In this document: positions 1 through 9,009 of the stretch, one piece after another
How the letters are laid out: each line of letters opens with the position of its first letter
How positions within the stretch are numbered: the stretch's first letter is position 1
Virus record (IMG/VR): IMGVR_UViG_2636415645_000002
Coordinates: 1-64,000 of that record
Strand: one strand, 5' to 3'
Length of the DNA: 64,000 bases
Source: a virus
Lineage: Duplodnaviria; Caudoviricetes
Translations under genes and position numbers: made by a program
The notes under the pieces: model-generated
What the model saw: only the letters and a program-made list of their open reading frames with translations
Told to the model about the DNA's origin: nothing
Database searches by the model: none

Positions 1-91
1 ATGTTAGACGAATGGTGGTTCGTCTTTGAAAGGTATGAATGCGAAAAACAGCGTTTATTTGATTATCAGCACACCCAAACCCCAGAAACGC

Positions 92-116
92 AAAAGCCCC
101 GCTTTCGCGAGGCTTT
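92..116 (-). terminator. Rho-independent terminator downstream of the tRNA fragment
   Basis: AAAAGCCCCGC-TTTC-GCGAGGCTTT imperfect hairpin with A/T tracts; near copy at 40909-40934. Confidence 0.7.
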
Positions 117-122
117 CGTGTA

Positions 123-188
123 AATCTTGGCGGGAAACCAGGGATTCGAACCCTGGAGACGCTATTAACGTCCGCCGGTTTTCAAGAC
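123..188 (-). repeat. att core: 3' half of tRNA-Ser(UGA) (outer att of prophage 1)
   Basis: Reverse complement reads GTC-TTGAAA-ACCGG, long variable arm, GGTTCGAATCC T-loop and CCA end; no D-arm or 5' half; identical to 40940-41005. Confidence 0.92.
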
Positions 189-447
189 CGCTATGCAAAC
201 TCACACGGGCCGACGTCCTGAAGGCCCTCGGCGTTCCATTACTCATGGCTACCGATCAAGCTACAGGCCGCGTTCTACAGGAGGTGCGTTTTGAGTTTGG
301 GAACTGTTTTTACCCTCCTAGGCGTCCTGCCGAATGAACGCAAACCGCAGAAATGCGAAAGATTTACGAAATACATCGTGACGGCCTTCGGCCTGAGCGG
401 ACAGATGAACACGCCCTGAAAGCCGGGGTGATTCACTCTTGGTCCCT

Positions 448-1467
448 TCACCGTTTGAGCATTGGTCTTTGTTGACGACGCATCATTTTAATCAGTTCGG
501 CTGTAGGCTCGTCCACTACTGATTCCCTACCTAGTGATGACAGCAGCAATGGATACTCATTGTCCATGCGCTGAATCATCAGTCGCCCTAAAAATGCGGC
601 GGCCCTGAGACTGTCTTTAAATCCAGACCGCAAGCACCTTCTCAAGCCTGCGCTCAATAGATCAGCAAGCTGTATCCCGAAACTCCCTTGGGAGTCGATA
701 AATTGGATATCGCCTCGTACTATTTTCTGAATATTTAGCGACCCGGTTAAATCTTTATCCACGTTATAGTCATCCCTAAGGTACGTTGGAACTTCTCCCT
801 GAGGAAACTCATATGCCGCTAAGTGACTATAGTCGAAGTCAGTCACCATCATCATAGGATCTGAGAGGGACATCATTTGTAAGAATGCCGGGCTGAGCTT
901 CTCAAAAGCCTCTTCGTATTCGGTCTTCTTTTCGACGGCTTTCTGATCTACGCGCCAAACGAAACTGGATAGAGACGCTGGATCGTGTTGTGCGTAGTAG
1001 GTGACTGCTTGCGATACCACGTAATACATAAGTCTGATTTGACAAATGAACTGAATGTGAAGCTGGGCAGAAAGCCGACGTACCTGATCTGCCGCATACT
1101 GAACACTCTTACGTCCAGCCTCATGACGCATTTTTTCTAGGTTCTCCAATATGCCCTGGGCGGTAGTCTCTTTATGAGCATCCACTGCATCTGGAGTATT
1201 GAGATGTGCGTCTGTTGCTATTCCGTACAATGTACAGTTCGCTCTCTCCAGTCTACCTAGAAGACGGAAGTAGCTCATTTCATCTTCCATCTTCCCGAGT
1301 TTAAATTCGTCGGTGGAGGCGCATCCATTTTCAGCCTTAAAATCTTGAAGGGCGCTTTCAGCTTCGCCAAGAGCACTGTCAGGAATCGCGATCGCGCAGA
1401 TGGAACTCCATCCGGCCTGTTCTTTCGTGTAAACAAAGCTTCCAGATTCATCGATAAATATGTGCAT
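448..1467 (-). CDS. DUF3800-family (RNase H-like fold) protein, candidate defence nuclease
   Basis: N-terminal FIDESG motif and C-terminal DS..SFGIQLADL motif typical of DUF3800. Confidence 0.8.
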   Translation of the reverse strand: MHIFIDESGSFVYTKEQAGWSSICAIAIPDSALGEAESALQDFKAENGCASTDEFKLGKMEDEMSYFRLLGRLERANCTLYGIATDAHLNTPDAVDAHKETTAQGILENLEKMRHEAGRKSVQYAADQVRRLSAQLHIQFICQIRLMYYVVSQAVTYYAQHDPASLSSFVWRVDQKAVEKKTEYEEAFEKLSPAFLQMMSLSDPMMMVTDFDYSHLAAYEFPQGEVPTYLRDDYNVDKDLTGSLNIQKIVRGDIQFIDSQGSFGIQLADLLSAGLRRCLRSGFKDSLRAAAFLGRLMIQRMDNEYPLLLSSLGRESVVDEPTAELIKMMRRQQRPMLKR

Positions 1468-1628
1468 ACGGTTCCTTTAAGCCCACTCATACAAGTACCT
1501 CTACGAAGCACTCAGCAATGAGTATCGAACCGTCAGACCGACCGTTTTGGGTCGGTTTGAGCCGGTCATGGAAGGCAGGCAGCGGCCAAAAGTAGGCATT
1601 CGCCGGGGTCTACGAAACTAGAGGTATT

Positions 1629-2450
1629 TCATTTCTTGTTCCACGAACGTTTAACTAAGTTATTAATTTGCGTGTAGTACCTTGAATCGACGCCAATAGG
1701 GCTACCATTAAGTTTGTCGCAGATCCCATTCGTTTCTTCCACAAACCCTAAGAACATTTCATCTAGGCCCTTAATTCCTGGAGTTATGCACATGCGGGAA
1801 AAGTGGTTGATCATTGCGATTGCTTGGGCAAATTCATAGGTGGCTACCAAACCCTGAATAACACTAGGGTAATCGACACGTAGGTAGTCATATTTGAACC
1901 TTTCGAAATTGTCATGTCGCTCGACGGTCGTTGCATTACTCAGGGCGATTGGATTCGGATGTGCACCAAAGTCAATAGCGGCATCGAAGAACCCCATGAT
2001 GTGCTTCTCGTAAGGTGTTCCCTTCGACTGCTCATCATGCTCCTTAAGATACTTGCGAAATCGCTTAACTGCAGGTGTGAACGACCTTTTGTTCTGTTGA
2101 AAACCCTCTTCGTCATCATGCCTGCTCAGCCAAGATTGTGATAGGCCAGGCTCTCTATTGAAGAGGTAGCCGTAGACAGCAGACTCCATCGCTGTTCTGA
2201 GAAGAGGGAATATTGCAGACAGGTGTGCTCCGAGAGCTAGGTTACAGGCGGCCAAGTAGAGCGAGTGGGCGTGAGCCGCCGCTGCTCGTGACTCGGTGCA
2301 ACCCAAGCCTTCCAAGGTTGAGAGAATCAGATGGTCGCATTTCTTTAAATGCGTAACCGCCTCTGGTAGCGCGTCGGTGATGTTTCGTTCCGTCTCGGAC
2401 ATTGAGGCTCGGTATTGGTCGAAGCCGAAGACATCGCTTGAGAATTCCAT
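1629..2450 (-). CDS. Hypothetical protein, HEPN-like (DUF5677-type)
   Basis: Start moved to ATG 2450 (RBS TAAGGA); LLRTAMES and FGAHPNP motifs resemble helical HEPN-related families. Confidence 0.55.
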   Translation of the reverse strand: MEFSSDVFGFDQYRASMSETERNITDALPEAVTHLKKCDHLILSTLEGLGCTESRAAAAHAHSLYLAACNLALGAHLSAIFPLLRTAMESAVYGYLFNREPGLSQSWLSRHDDEEGFQQNKRSFTPAVKRFRKYLKEHDEQSKGTPYEKHIMGFFDAAIDFGAHPNPIALSNATTVERHDNFERFKYDYLRVDYPSVIQGLVATYEFAQAIAMINHFSRMCITPGIKGLDEMFLGFVEETNGICDKLNGSPIGVDSRYYTQINNLVKRSWNKK

Positions 2451-2670
2451 TTCGTGGTCCTTAAGGTTGGCTATGCGGAAAAATTGGGGTGCCCAGGAGG
2501 GAGTTTGATGCGACTGGTACCTTCTCTGCACCTTTAGCTCAAAAAAATTCAGGAGCATATCGCAACGATATCAGTGGATGATGAGTGATAGCAGCTTGAT
2601 ACAGATAGCCTGCTGAATGGAAAACTGAATCGCTCATGATTTCGTAGACGTCAAATGGCAGCTATTGGCC

Positions 2671-2847
2671 GATTCTGTTGAAAAAGTCGGCCGTGGTTTC
2701 CACGGCAGAAAAGTACGCGTCTGAGATTGAAATCTTTACTTTTGGCTGAGGCTTCTGGGCTCAAATTTCACGTAGCAACGTGCAAAAGTTGCATTTTCCC
2801 CGGTCAATATCCGGGCAGTTTGAGGGAGCGCCTTTTTCAACACAATC
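2671..2847. mobile_element. MITE-like element (177 bp)
   Basis: Terminal inverted repeats GATTCTGTTGAAAAAG / CTTTTTCAACACAATC (15/16) flanked by GGCC on both sides; no transposase. Confidence 0.7.
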
Positions 2848-3083
2848 GGCCGACTGCGCCCCTTCGCGGAAGGCAGCGTAGGATCGCATACGACCGCAGG
2901 AAACCCAGTTAAACCATCCGTCCGATGATGGATTGGGCGCAGTAGTCCAAGCATCCCAGTCAGGCAGGCTAATCCGCCGAAATCTCATCGCTTTGTAGCA
3001 ATTTCTAAGCAAGCCGCAATTACTGCCTGACAGGGGCACTACCGGTACTATGCTTGTCCTTTTGATCGAAAGGAGTCGACGCT

Positions 3084-3296
3084 ATGGCTGGTGATTATTC
3101 ACTTTCAGATGTGCTGGAGAGGATCTACCACAACCAGTTGGCCCTTGAGGCAGCCTTGATGGAGCTGACGCTACGGATAGAACAGCAGGGCTCGCCAGAG
3201 GTGGGCGAAAATGTCCGCGGGGCGCTGGACACACTTGGTGAAAATGCTGGCCACATCAAACAGGGCTTGGCTAAGCTTCGAGCAAAGGGTTCGTAA
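3084..3296 (+). CDS. Small conserved phage protein, paralog of 41208-41417
   Basis: RBS AAGGAG; shares Y.NQLALEA..EL...EQ.GS.EV..NVRGAL with 41208-41417. Confidence 0.8.
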   Translation: MAGDYSLSDVLERIYHNQLALEAALMELTLRIEQQGSPEVGENVRGALDTLGENAGHIKQGLAKLRAKGS

Positions 3297-3314
3297 CCGG
3301 TTCATACCCCGACT

Positions 3315-3370
3315 CATTAGCGCGCTTGAGCATGTTGGCAAGCATCATTGCGGCGCGGGCAGCTGCAGAG
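3315..3370 (-). pseudogene. Short relic of a DUF2514/Rz spanin gene
   Basis: Encodes AARAAMMLANMLKRA versus ATRAAMVLSDLLRRA in 43331-43882; DNA similarity around CATTGCGGCGCGGG. Confidence 0.55.
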
Positions 3371-3513
3371 CTTGCGGGGCAGTGCAGAAATTGAGCATCA
3401 GCGCTGGTTGAAGGAACTGGACCTATCACGAATACAGGGACCGGGCCGAAGTTGACTGACATTAATATGCAAATGCGGACCTATACGACTGGTTAAAATT
3501 TAGTGGGTAATTT

Positions 3514-4578
3514 ATGAGTTCAACGATGCAAAGCTCGACATGGCAGAAGCTTCTTTTTTTAGAGAGTCACGACTCTGTGATAGCTTGGCACCAACAGGCA
3601 TTTTCTCGAACCTTGAACGCCCGTCGTGCAAAAGAAATAACATCAGCCGCAAGACAAGCACGGGAGTTTTTTAGGAACTCTGCGGAATCAAATGTTTCAG
3701 TTAAACCACTACTAACATTTTACGGAGTGGCGAGCCTTAGCAGGTCTGTCGCACTTCTCCTCAATCCTAAAGGCGGGGAATCCGGCTTAACTCAAGGACA
3801 CGGCATTACGACTGTAGAATGGCCAAAGACATTATCGGGTGAGATTTCCGCAGGACTTGCCGCACTTGGAGAGCTGAAGATAAAAACTTGCAAAGGCTTA
3901 TTTTCAGACATTATCAAACAGACAGACAACACCATATGCATACACATAAATTCCTCTGCAGTTGAATGGCGGATACCATATCACTCTCCCGAACCCGGCG
4001 ACGAACTGACCTTTGACGACTTAATGCTACGCCTACCGGACCTTAACTCAGAACATAAACGTTCTTCACAGACAGCTCTATATGCTTCAGCCGGATCATT
4101 AAGCTATGATCTTGATAACGGATTCAAGGCACAGGTAACATCTGATAATTTTCTAGAGTTTATTGATATCTACCGATCACATGGCTACCAAGTCACACAA
4201 GACACGCAAGACACCCCCTCTTATAACTTAAGTTGCGACGCCAAAAACTTTCAAGAAAACCCTCCTCAGTTTTTTCATTCATACATCAATAAAATGTTTA
4301 AAACCATACCGGTTTTACATATCACAAAACCATTAAAAAGCGGCTCTCGCTATTCTCAAATCGCCATTACATACATGCTATCCTATTTTCTTGGCATGCT
4401 TAGTCGTTACTACCCAACCCATTGGACGTCACTATTCAGCGGGGAAAAGGGTGATGGGCGGTGGCCAGAAATATACCTGACTCAAAAGTATATTGACCTT
4501 TGCTTTCCTGAATTAATTTTAGAGTTTCTAGATGACAACTTAGCTTTAAATAAGAAAACCAAGTCTACACCTAGCTAG
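3514..4578 (+). CDS. YaaC-like family protein
   Basis: KPLLTFYG...HGI and YFLGMLSRYYP..W motifs; AT-rich cargo gene. Confidence 0.7.
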   Translation: MSSTMQSSTWQKLLFLESHDSVIAWHQQAFSRTLNARRAKEITSAARQAREFFRNSAESNVSVKPLLTFYGVASLSRSVALLLNPKGGESGLTQGHGITTVEWPKTLSGEISAGLAALGELKIKTCKGLFSDIIKQTDNTICIHINSSAVEWRIPYHSPEPGDELTFDDLMLRLPDLNSEHKRSSQTALYASAGSLSYDLDNGFKAQVTSDNFLEFIDIYRSHGYQVTQDTQDTPSYNLSCDAKNFQENPPQFFHSYINKMFKTIPVLHITKPLKSGSRYSQIAITYMLSYFLGMLSRYYPTHWTSLFSGEKGDGRWPEIYLTQKYIDLCFPELILEFLDDNLALNKKTKSTPS

Positions 4579-4863
4579 AGACGACAATGATGCTTCAGTC
4601 CGTGCAAGGGATACCGTTGCTTTGGTTCATACCAGTAGTTGCACTGCGCCACATTCTGATGCGGCCGCTGGGTAGTCTATATAAAGATAGGGATTCGAAC
4701 CCCTTCCTAACCGCCTATAGGCCGCTTAAGGCCAGCAAAAACGAGGATATCCCCTCCCTCACTTGGCGTGAGGCGGCCCCCAGCGGCCCCGTTTATGCCC
4801 TAATTATGCCCTAGCCGCCTGCAGTTCGTCGCCTTAAATTCCACAAACGGCCAACCTCGATTA

Positions 4864-4879
4864 CTGTTTGTACATACAG
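4864..4879 (+). promoter_or_regulatory. LexA (SOS) box
   Basis: TA-CTG-TTTGTACATA-CAG-TA fits CTG-N10-CAG, 17 bp upstream of the ATG at 4897. Confidence 0.85.
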
Positions 4880-4896
4880 TACTTGAGATTCAAGCT

Positions 4897-5250
4897 ATGA
4901 ACGTAGACATGGACACCGATGATTGGCTCGGTTGCCCCACTCCACTTGAGATGTACCAGCACCAATGCTCAATCCTCGTAGATGAGCTGGTGGAGACAGA
5001 GCGCATGCTGCGTCGAGCGCGGGCGAATATCGCTGGCCTTGTGCAGATGAATGACCTGCTGATGGCTGGCAAGGCGGATGCAGAAGAAAGGCTTGCAGCA
5101 GCTGAGGAAAAGATCGGCATGCTGGAACAGCAGTACTCGTTTGCCTCTGTGCAAAGCGTGAAGATTATTACCGGGCAGCGCGACCATTTGCTCAGGGAGA
5201 ATCAGCGTCTACTGGTCGAGCTTAGCGTTTACAAACAGCCATTAGCCTAA
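4897..5250 (+). CDS. SOS-regulated coiled-coil hypothetical protein, paralog of 41506-41865
   Basis: First ~56 aa nearly identical to 41506-41865; LexA box upstream. Confidence 0.85.
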   Translation: MNVDMDTDDWLGCPTPLEMYQHQCSILVDELVETERMLRRARANIAGLVQMNDLLMAGKADAEERLAAAEEKIGMLEQQYSFASVQSVKIITGQRDHLLRENQRLLVELSVYKQPLA

Positions 5251-5310
5251 CTCGCCAGTGCGCACCGGCGAGTTAGGTAGTCAAAACTTACCAGACGTTG
5301 AGGGCGACGA

Positions 5311-6351
5311 TCACGCAGTCCACGGCTGAACGTCAACCATATAGCAATCTACGCAATCTGCGGTTATCACGGTATTTGCGATCACAGGACGACTTGCTTT
5401 TGGTCGCAAGAATCCAGAGCGAATTGATGCGGTGTGAACGCCGACGTTTACTGTATTCCGCGAGCCCCGCGCATCGATAGAAACTGTATCGATGCAGTAG
5501 TTCATGCCCATCCCCTCGCCGCAAAACTCACCACCAGAATTAATAATTCTAGTAGAGTCTTGGCCTTCAACAACTACACCCCAAGTATTCTGAGTTGGGC
5601 CAATCCCTGGCTCAATACCGGTGCAATAGCTATCGATGACAGTGTTGAATGACCCACCATTATCGATAAGCAGCATGCATCGACCGCTCCAGTCCGACGA
5701 CGTAATCCGCTCTACGGTGCAGTGCTGCGCGTAGTGCATGTGCAAGCCAATAGTGCTATTACCGGTAAATTCAAGATCCCGAATATATACGTTCTGAATC
5801 GGACGAACAGTCGCAACTACAGACCCCAAAGGAGCGTCACGTTTCAGAACACGATCGAGCGTTAATGTGCTTCCACGACGAGCGATGATCTGACGAACTT
5901 CCATCGGTCCATCAGTAGGAAGTGGTTGCACTGGGAAGTTCGTATTGTTGCTAGAAATTACAATCCACTGCCCGTTAGAGTATTTTGTGATATCTGCAAC
6001 TTCGATCATATTAGCCCCAGCAGCTGCCGCGACCGTCATGTAGCTTGCAGGGCGAACCCAACCTTCGTAATCGATTGCTGCGAAACTCGGGTTCGTCGGA
6101 TCGGTTGGGCTTCTGCCTACGCCGCTGGAGTCGATGGTAACCTTAGATATGCCTGGTGCAGGTTCAATGATAACTCCATGATATGGCTGGCCTGCGGTAT
6201 CGTTAAGATCCACACGCGTTCCAATAGGGCATGAAGTACCATCAATCTGAATCCATCGGTTTCCTTGTGCTAGAGCATCAATGATTGCTGGACCATTATC
6301 GGATTCAGGATCAGGGGTAATAACGTAAGGGGTGCTTGGATAGATACTCAT
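5311..6351 (-). CDS. Pectin-lyase-fold (parallel beta-helix) protein, tailspike/depolymerase-like
   Basis: Start moved to MSIYPS (RBS GAGGA); DNGPAIIDAL motif and repetitive beta-strand pattern (IQNVYIRDLEF, HCTVERI). Confidence 0.6.
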   Translation of the reverse strand: MSIYPSTPYVITPDPESDNGPAIIDALAQGNRWIQIDGTSCPIGTRVDLNDTAGQPYHGVIIEPAPGISKVTIDSSGVGRSPTDPTNPSFAAIDYEGWVRPASYMTVAAAAGANMIEVADITKYSNGQWIVISSNNTNFPVQPLPTDGPMEVRQIIARRGSTLTLDRVLKRDAPLGSVVATVRPIQNVYIRDLEFTGNSTIGLHMHYAQHCTVERITSSDWSGRCMLLIDNGGSFNTVIDSYCTGIEPGIGPTQNTWGVVVEGQDSTRIINSGGEFCGEGMGMNYCIDTVSIDARGSRNTVNVGVHTASIRSGFLRPKASRPVIANTVITADCVDCYMVDVQPWTA

Positions 6352-6502
6352 TTTTTCCTCTATTACAGTAAGATTACAGAGGAAATATATCAAAACAAAA
6401 CTAACAAACCAACAAGAAAATCACAAAAAAATAACATCCTTTAGAAACTAAAAAAAGGCCCCACTCACATCGTGAGCAGGGCCTAACATGAAGCTTGGAA
6501 AG

Positions 6503-8212
6503 TCAGCCCTCTATCTTCGACCATTTCAAAATATAGTTGCCAACACTCCCTTCATTTCCATCGATCGCAATTGAGTAAGTGAAACCCTTCTCTGCTTTAA
6601 ACTCGCCATAGCTTGTAATTTCAAAGTCGGATTTGTCGTTATTCGATGCTGCAACTGGCATTGAGTCCATACTAGTGCTTGCGTATACGGCCAAAACAGT
6701 GTCGAAATCTGAGCCAGTCGTCTCGAAAGCGTACGTTCCGCTTTCTGGTGCTGTCCACCTACACCAGACCGAATTATAAGGTTTAGAAAACGGTATGTGC
6801 CCTAACTCACCCAATTGGTTAGATGCACCTTTATTACTACCCAAAACCTTTCCGCCACCCCCGCTGATGACTGTTGCAGATGAGAAATTATTTGCACAGC
6901 TTGCGGGCAGCTTGACGTCATAAGTAAACACGTACAATGCAGACCCTACGCCAACTAAAAAAACCAAGAAAGAACTGGCAAAAATATAACCTGGCACATC
7001 ATGCTGCTTTTTCACCTTCTGGCCTATAACCTTGCGCTCACTGCCATCGAAAAACCTCTTGCAGAGATCGCTAACGGGCATTTCTATAAAGCGCCAAAAC
7101 ACATACGCCAAGGGAGTTATAAACAAGATGCTAACAATAGTCAAAATTACAGCAACTAGCGCGTTTGGAATCCCCCAACCGACAAGGTATCCAATCACTA
7201 TTGGTGCGATGCCTGTGGAATCTTGCTGAGACCACATAAACATGAGTGTGATCGGATGAAGCAAATATAGACTAAATGAAATCCTACCAAAAAACGTTAA
7301 TATGTTTGAGTTAAGAAAGTTCGCAGAGCGAACACTGCCAAATGCAAGAACTGCAACAATGATAGCCGCAGCAGCAGACTGAACAATGATAGCGACCGAA
7401 ATAACGGTACTTCTGTACGGAATTGGATTTTGCGTTCCGACGATAACAGGCACAGCAAAAAAGAAAACCGCGATACCAATTAGAAGAAGTGCACCCCGCC
7501 ACTTCACAAAATCCACAACATCCTTACCATAAAGAAAAGCAAGCGATCCGAAAAGAAATGCGTGCAGGTAGGCCGTCCTTGACCAGGTCGTTCCGAACGG
7601 ATCGTACTCATACCAAAACTTAAATAGTGACAGCATCGCTAGCAATCCACACATCGCCAGCATGCTTCGCCGACCAGCAATGGACACTACTGACATAGCC
7701 AATAGAATAACAACGCTACCAATCAGTTCTGTTTGCAGAGTCCACATTACCCCATTGATAGAAACATCAAGCAATAGGGCATTATGAAAAACATCGTTAA
7801 CAGTAAAATCACCAGATAGTCGCAATCCGAAAACTGAGTTCAGAAACCAAAACAAAAGAACAGTAGCAATTGCCGCCGGGTATATCCTGAACACCCTTCT
7901 AACAACAAATTCTAACGAAAGCTTTGTCGTAACACCGCTTCTTTGAAGAGAGTAGCTAAGGACAAACCCACTTAGCACAAAGAAAAAAAGTACCGGGGGC
8001 GATATGGGCCCTCCAGCTGCAAAAATACTATATATATAAGACAACCAATAATCTAACCCTGAGGATTGATCAGTTGAGCTTATTAGCTGATCTCGAACAC
8101 CGTACCTGGTTAGGTACATTGATTGTCCTACATGGAATGCAGCGACTAGTATTGCTGCCAAGCCACGCGCCGACTCTAGAGGCGCAAAAAACAACTGCTT
8201 CTTCTCGCTCAT
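6503..8212 (-). CDS. Acyltransferase-3 (OafA-like) membrane O-acyltransferase with C-terminal PPC-like domain
   Basis: LESARGLAA..V..FH, FFFVLSGF, RRVFRIYP, WTL.TE, GRISFSLYLLH, FIEMP motifs; C-terminal VWCRWTAP..GTY...TGSDFDTVLAVY. Confidence 0.85.
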   Translation of the reverse strand: MSEKKQLFFAPLESARGLAAILVAAFHVGQSMYLTRYGVRDQLISSTDQSSGLDYWLSYIYSIFAAGGPISPPVLFFFVLSGFVLSYSLQRSGVTTKLSLEFVVRRVFRIYPAAIATVLLFWFLNSVFGLRLSGDFTVNDVFHNALLLDVSINGVMWTLQTELIGSVVILLAMSVVSIAGRRSMLAMCGLLAMLSLFKFWYEYDPFGTTWSRTAYLHAFLFGSLAFLYGKDVVDFVKWRGALLLIGIAVFFFAVPVIVGTQNPIPYRSTVISVAIIVQSAAAAIIVAVLAFGSVRSANFLNSNILTFFGRISFSLYLLHPITLMFMWSQQDSTGIAPIVIGYLVGWGIPNALVAVILTIVSILFITPLAYVFWRFIEMPVSDLCKRFFDGSERKVIGQKVKKQHDVPGYIFASSFLVFLVGVGSALYVFTYDVKLPASCANNFSSATVISGGGGKVLGSNKGASNQLGELGHIPFSKPYNSVWCRWTAPESGTYAFETTGSDFDTVLAVYASTSMDSMPVAASNNDKSDFEITSYGEFKAEKGFTYSIAIDGNEGSVGNYILKWSKIEG

Positions 8213-8380
8213 AAATACTCATGAAATTGCGTCAAAGTAGACACATGAAGTTTTTTTTCGCGAAAATGAGTCATATTGCTTGACCTCCATGTCCGCCATA
8301 GCCCTTTTAAACACAGGGTCTGGCGATATTACCATGATGATGGTATTCGGCCATACAATTGCTATCATTCAGATACATTT

Positions 8381-8641
8381 CTATCGGCACGAGCCGACCA
8401 TAGCAACAAGCTCTGCTTCGTAAGCGATCCGTTGTCGACGCTCTGCCAGCAACGCGCGCACTTTCAGCTCCAGACCGTCAGTCTTCTTCAAGGCAGTGGT
8501 GGCCCAAGGCGGAGCCGCCACTACTTTCGTATTGCAGGGCACCAGTACCGGCACCTCCACTCTCACGGTGCGCACTTCTGACTCCTTGGCCGCACACCCC
8601 ATCAGCAGCACCAACACACAAGCGGCCAGTAACAACTTCAT
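8381..8641 (-). CDS. o-spanin (Rz1-like lipoprotein)
   Basis: Lipobox LMGC; overlaps the i-spanin stop; follows the endolysin. Confidence 0.8.
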   Translation of the reverse strand: MKLLLAACVLVLLMGCAAKESEVRTVRVEVPVLVPCNTKVVAAPPWATTALKKTDGLELKVRALLAERRQRIAYEAELVAMVGSCR

Positions 8642-9009
8642 AGCCCCAGCTCCACATCGATAATTTCCCCCGCCGCTTCGGCGGGATCGCCGCCTGTTCG
8701 CTCCCGCAGCAACTTATTCGCAGCGGCATAATCTGGCTGAGATTCTTGTCTCGCCTTCTCCTGGGCCAGTGCGGCATTCCGCTCCCGCAAGTGCCCCGCC
8801 TGTACCAGATCACCAAGTTTCCTGCCCTGCTCCACTGCTAGCGCTTCCAGGTTGTCACGGGCCAAAGCCGCCTTGACCAGGCTTGCATTCGAAACATCGA
8901 GCAGCGGCCTATAATGTCGAGCGCTCAGCCACACACCTCCGCCGACGCCTAGCAATGACACAAGGATGGCTGCTAGACCTAGGCCAACTAGCTTCTGCAT
9001 CGAAGTCAT
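8638..9009 (-). CDS. i-spanin (Rz-like)
   Basis: N-terminal TM helix plus coiled coil, directly after the endolysin. Confidence 0.75.
   Translation of the reverse strand: MTSMQKLVGLGLAAILVSLLGVGGGVWLSARHYRPLLDVSNASLVKAALARDNLEALAVEQGRKLGDLVQAGHLRERNAALAQEKARQESQPDYAAANKLLRERTGGDPAEAAGEIIDVELGL

Noticed and set aside
123-188. Functional tRNA-Ser gene (also 40940-41005)
   Set aside because: Only the anticodon-to-CCA half is present; no D-arm or acceptor 5' strand follows, so these are att duplications.
26-337. ORFs crossing the att sites (26-337, 55-246, 40937-41122)
   Set aside because: They are translations of the tRNA fragment and terminator.
2727-3039. Small ORFs over the MITE
   Set aside because: They overlap a non-coding element, have no transposase motifs and use weak starts.
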